Positions 62,420-64,000 of a stretch of DNA of 64,000 bases are shown one piece after another. Origin of the DNA: Camelus ferus (Eukaryota); assembly GCF_009834535.1 (NCBI RefSeq), contig NC_045716.1, forward strand, positions 14,756,001 through 14,820,000, written 5' to 3'. A program made the translations under genes and the position numbers. Within the stretch, counting starts at the first letter, position 1, and every line of letters starts with the position of its first letter. The notes under the pieces are model-generated. The model was not told the origin of the DNA, searched no databases, and saw only the letters and a program-made list of their open reading frames with translations.

Positions 62420-64000
62420 CATACTATATTGTTCTTAAACATTTATCTTGGCCTAAATAATTCTCCTGCTTAAGAAGCCAACCAGCCCATGCCCTTTCCT
62501 AACCTGATTGCATTTAGCATTGTCTTCAGAGTGCCCCATATTCTCAGTGGCTCCTCCCCTACCCCTCAGAAGTATCCGAACTATTATTGCTGGAGCTTAG
62601 GGCCAGTGTGCAGTGTCCACCATCTGGCTGCTTGCAAGGAATGGCTAATCCTTTTAAAGTCTTAATAGTAGTAGATGATTTGTTTGGCCCTATTTCCTAG
62701 CAGTAGCTTTTAGTTAGCCTGTGTCAAACCCACAGGTTTTGAGCTTGAATCCTAGAGCTAAAGAGCAGTTAACAACAGAAAGGAGCTGACAGTGGAACCA
62801 GGCAGAATCAAATGGGAAAACTTTATTTTGTTAATTTCTCTAACATGGGGTCTTCTCTGTACAGAGAGGGAGACTAAGTTGGTAGAGAAAACACAGAGCA
62901 CGGCATCAGGAAGACTTGCTGGCTGAACACGCCAGCTCTGCCAGGGACTAGTCGGGTGAAACAGGGCAACTGCTAACCTTTTTAAACCTTGGTTTTCTTG
63001 TCCATCCAATGGGACAGCAATTTCTTTCAAAGTTGAGGAAAGGCTTCATGAGCTGGGAAATCACTCTAAAAACACTGGGCGCTGTTCTGTGTGGAGCCCA
63101 GACCTCTCCTCCTCAGGTGGGCCCTGGGTTTGGGGAAATGTGAGATGCTGGGTGGAGTCGTGGACGCTGTTACCTGTGAGGTGTCCTCAGCGCTGGTGAG
63201 ACCTTGAAGTCTCAGAGACAGCAGCTGTGTAGACGAAGCAGAGGGTTCTTCCCACAGCCAGGGCTTTGCTTGTTTGCTCCTCAAAGGTCTGGCAGGAAAA
63301 GGAACTTCAACACATGGGCTGGGGGGAGGGGTGGGAGGGGGTTAAGGGGTGAGTAGACGCTCTCCTGTCACCTCCCTTGTTAATCGCAGGCACACAACAT
63401 TAAATTACTCACACCCCTCAATAAATGGCACCATGTCATCATTTTTTTGGGCTAGGCACCCCTTTTTTTAAATCTACTACTCTTTACCCTCATTTCCACT
63501 CACCATTCATTTAATGTCATTCATTTATTGTGTTTAAAAGTGAATTTAAAAAATGTACATAAGTGATATGGCGTTGCAATCACTCATTTAGTCAGCAAAA
63601 ATTTATCAGTGCCCCCTTTATAAGAGGCTTTGTTCTAGGCCTTGAGAGGCATCCAGGGACAAAACAGCCCCAAATTCCTGCCCTCCCTGGAGCCCACATT
63701 CTCATGGTGAAGGTAGGGGTGGGGAGACAGTACTTATTACCTTTCAGATGACTATACAATTTACTTATTACTACGTTTTGTCATTGTCTAAGGTAAAAAT
63801 GGAGCAGGTTAGTAACGGGGCTGTGTGTGTGTGTGTGTGTAGGGGATTCTGAGGGTTTGTAGTTTCAGGCAGAGGGAACAGCCAGGACGAAGGCTCTGCT
63901 GCAGCCCCAGTGCCTGGCGTGTGTTAACAGCAGGGCAGCCAGCGAGGCTGGGGCGGAGTGAGAGGTGGCGACAGTGAGAGAAGGTGATGTTGGTGCAGTA

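Noticed and set aside
62700-64000. Searched for LRRC52 exon 2
   Set aside because: No frame resembles the LRRCT/transmembrane C-terminus of LRRC52; the gene presumably lies beyond the window.

Overview
Mammalian genomic DNA, most likely a camelid (three copies of the tRNA-derived Vic-1-type SINE plus cetartiodactyl L1 3' ends), from a gapped assembly with four N runs. The only recognisable protein-coding gene is the 5' end of MGST3 on the minus strand: first coding exon 141-264 ([10 protein letters not shown]...KYKVE), a ~14 kb intron 1, and a non-coding exon 1 in a CpG island at ~14.3 kb. The remaining ~50 kb is upstream intergenic DNA rich in L1, L2, MIR, MaLR and DNA-transposon relics, with one CCAAT-rich ERV solo LTR and a U6 retropseudogene. 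LRRC52, the next gene upstream in human, was not found. Almost all ORF-track entries are spurious. The best leads are (i) an orphan CpG promoter with a near-perfect RFX X-box at 39.1 kb followed by frame-compatible short plus-strand exon candidates, and (ii) well-formed cassette-exon candidates in MGST3 intron 1 that would add an N-terminal extension or inhibitory uORFs. Neither is proven. No new biological system can be claimed from the sequence alone. Coordinates of old repeats are approximate and family names were recognised from memory, not by RepeatMasker.
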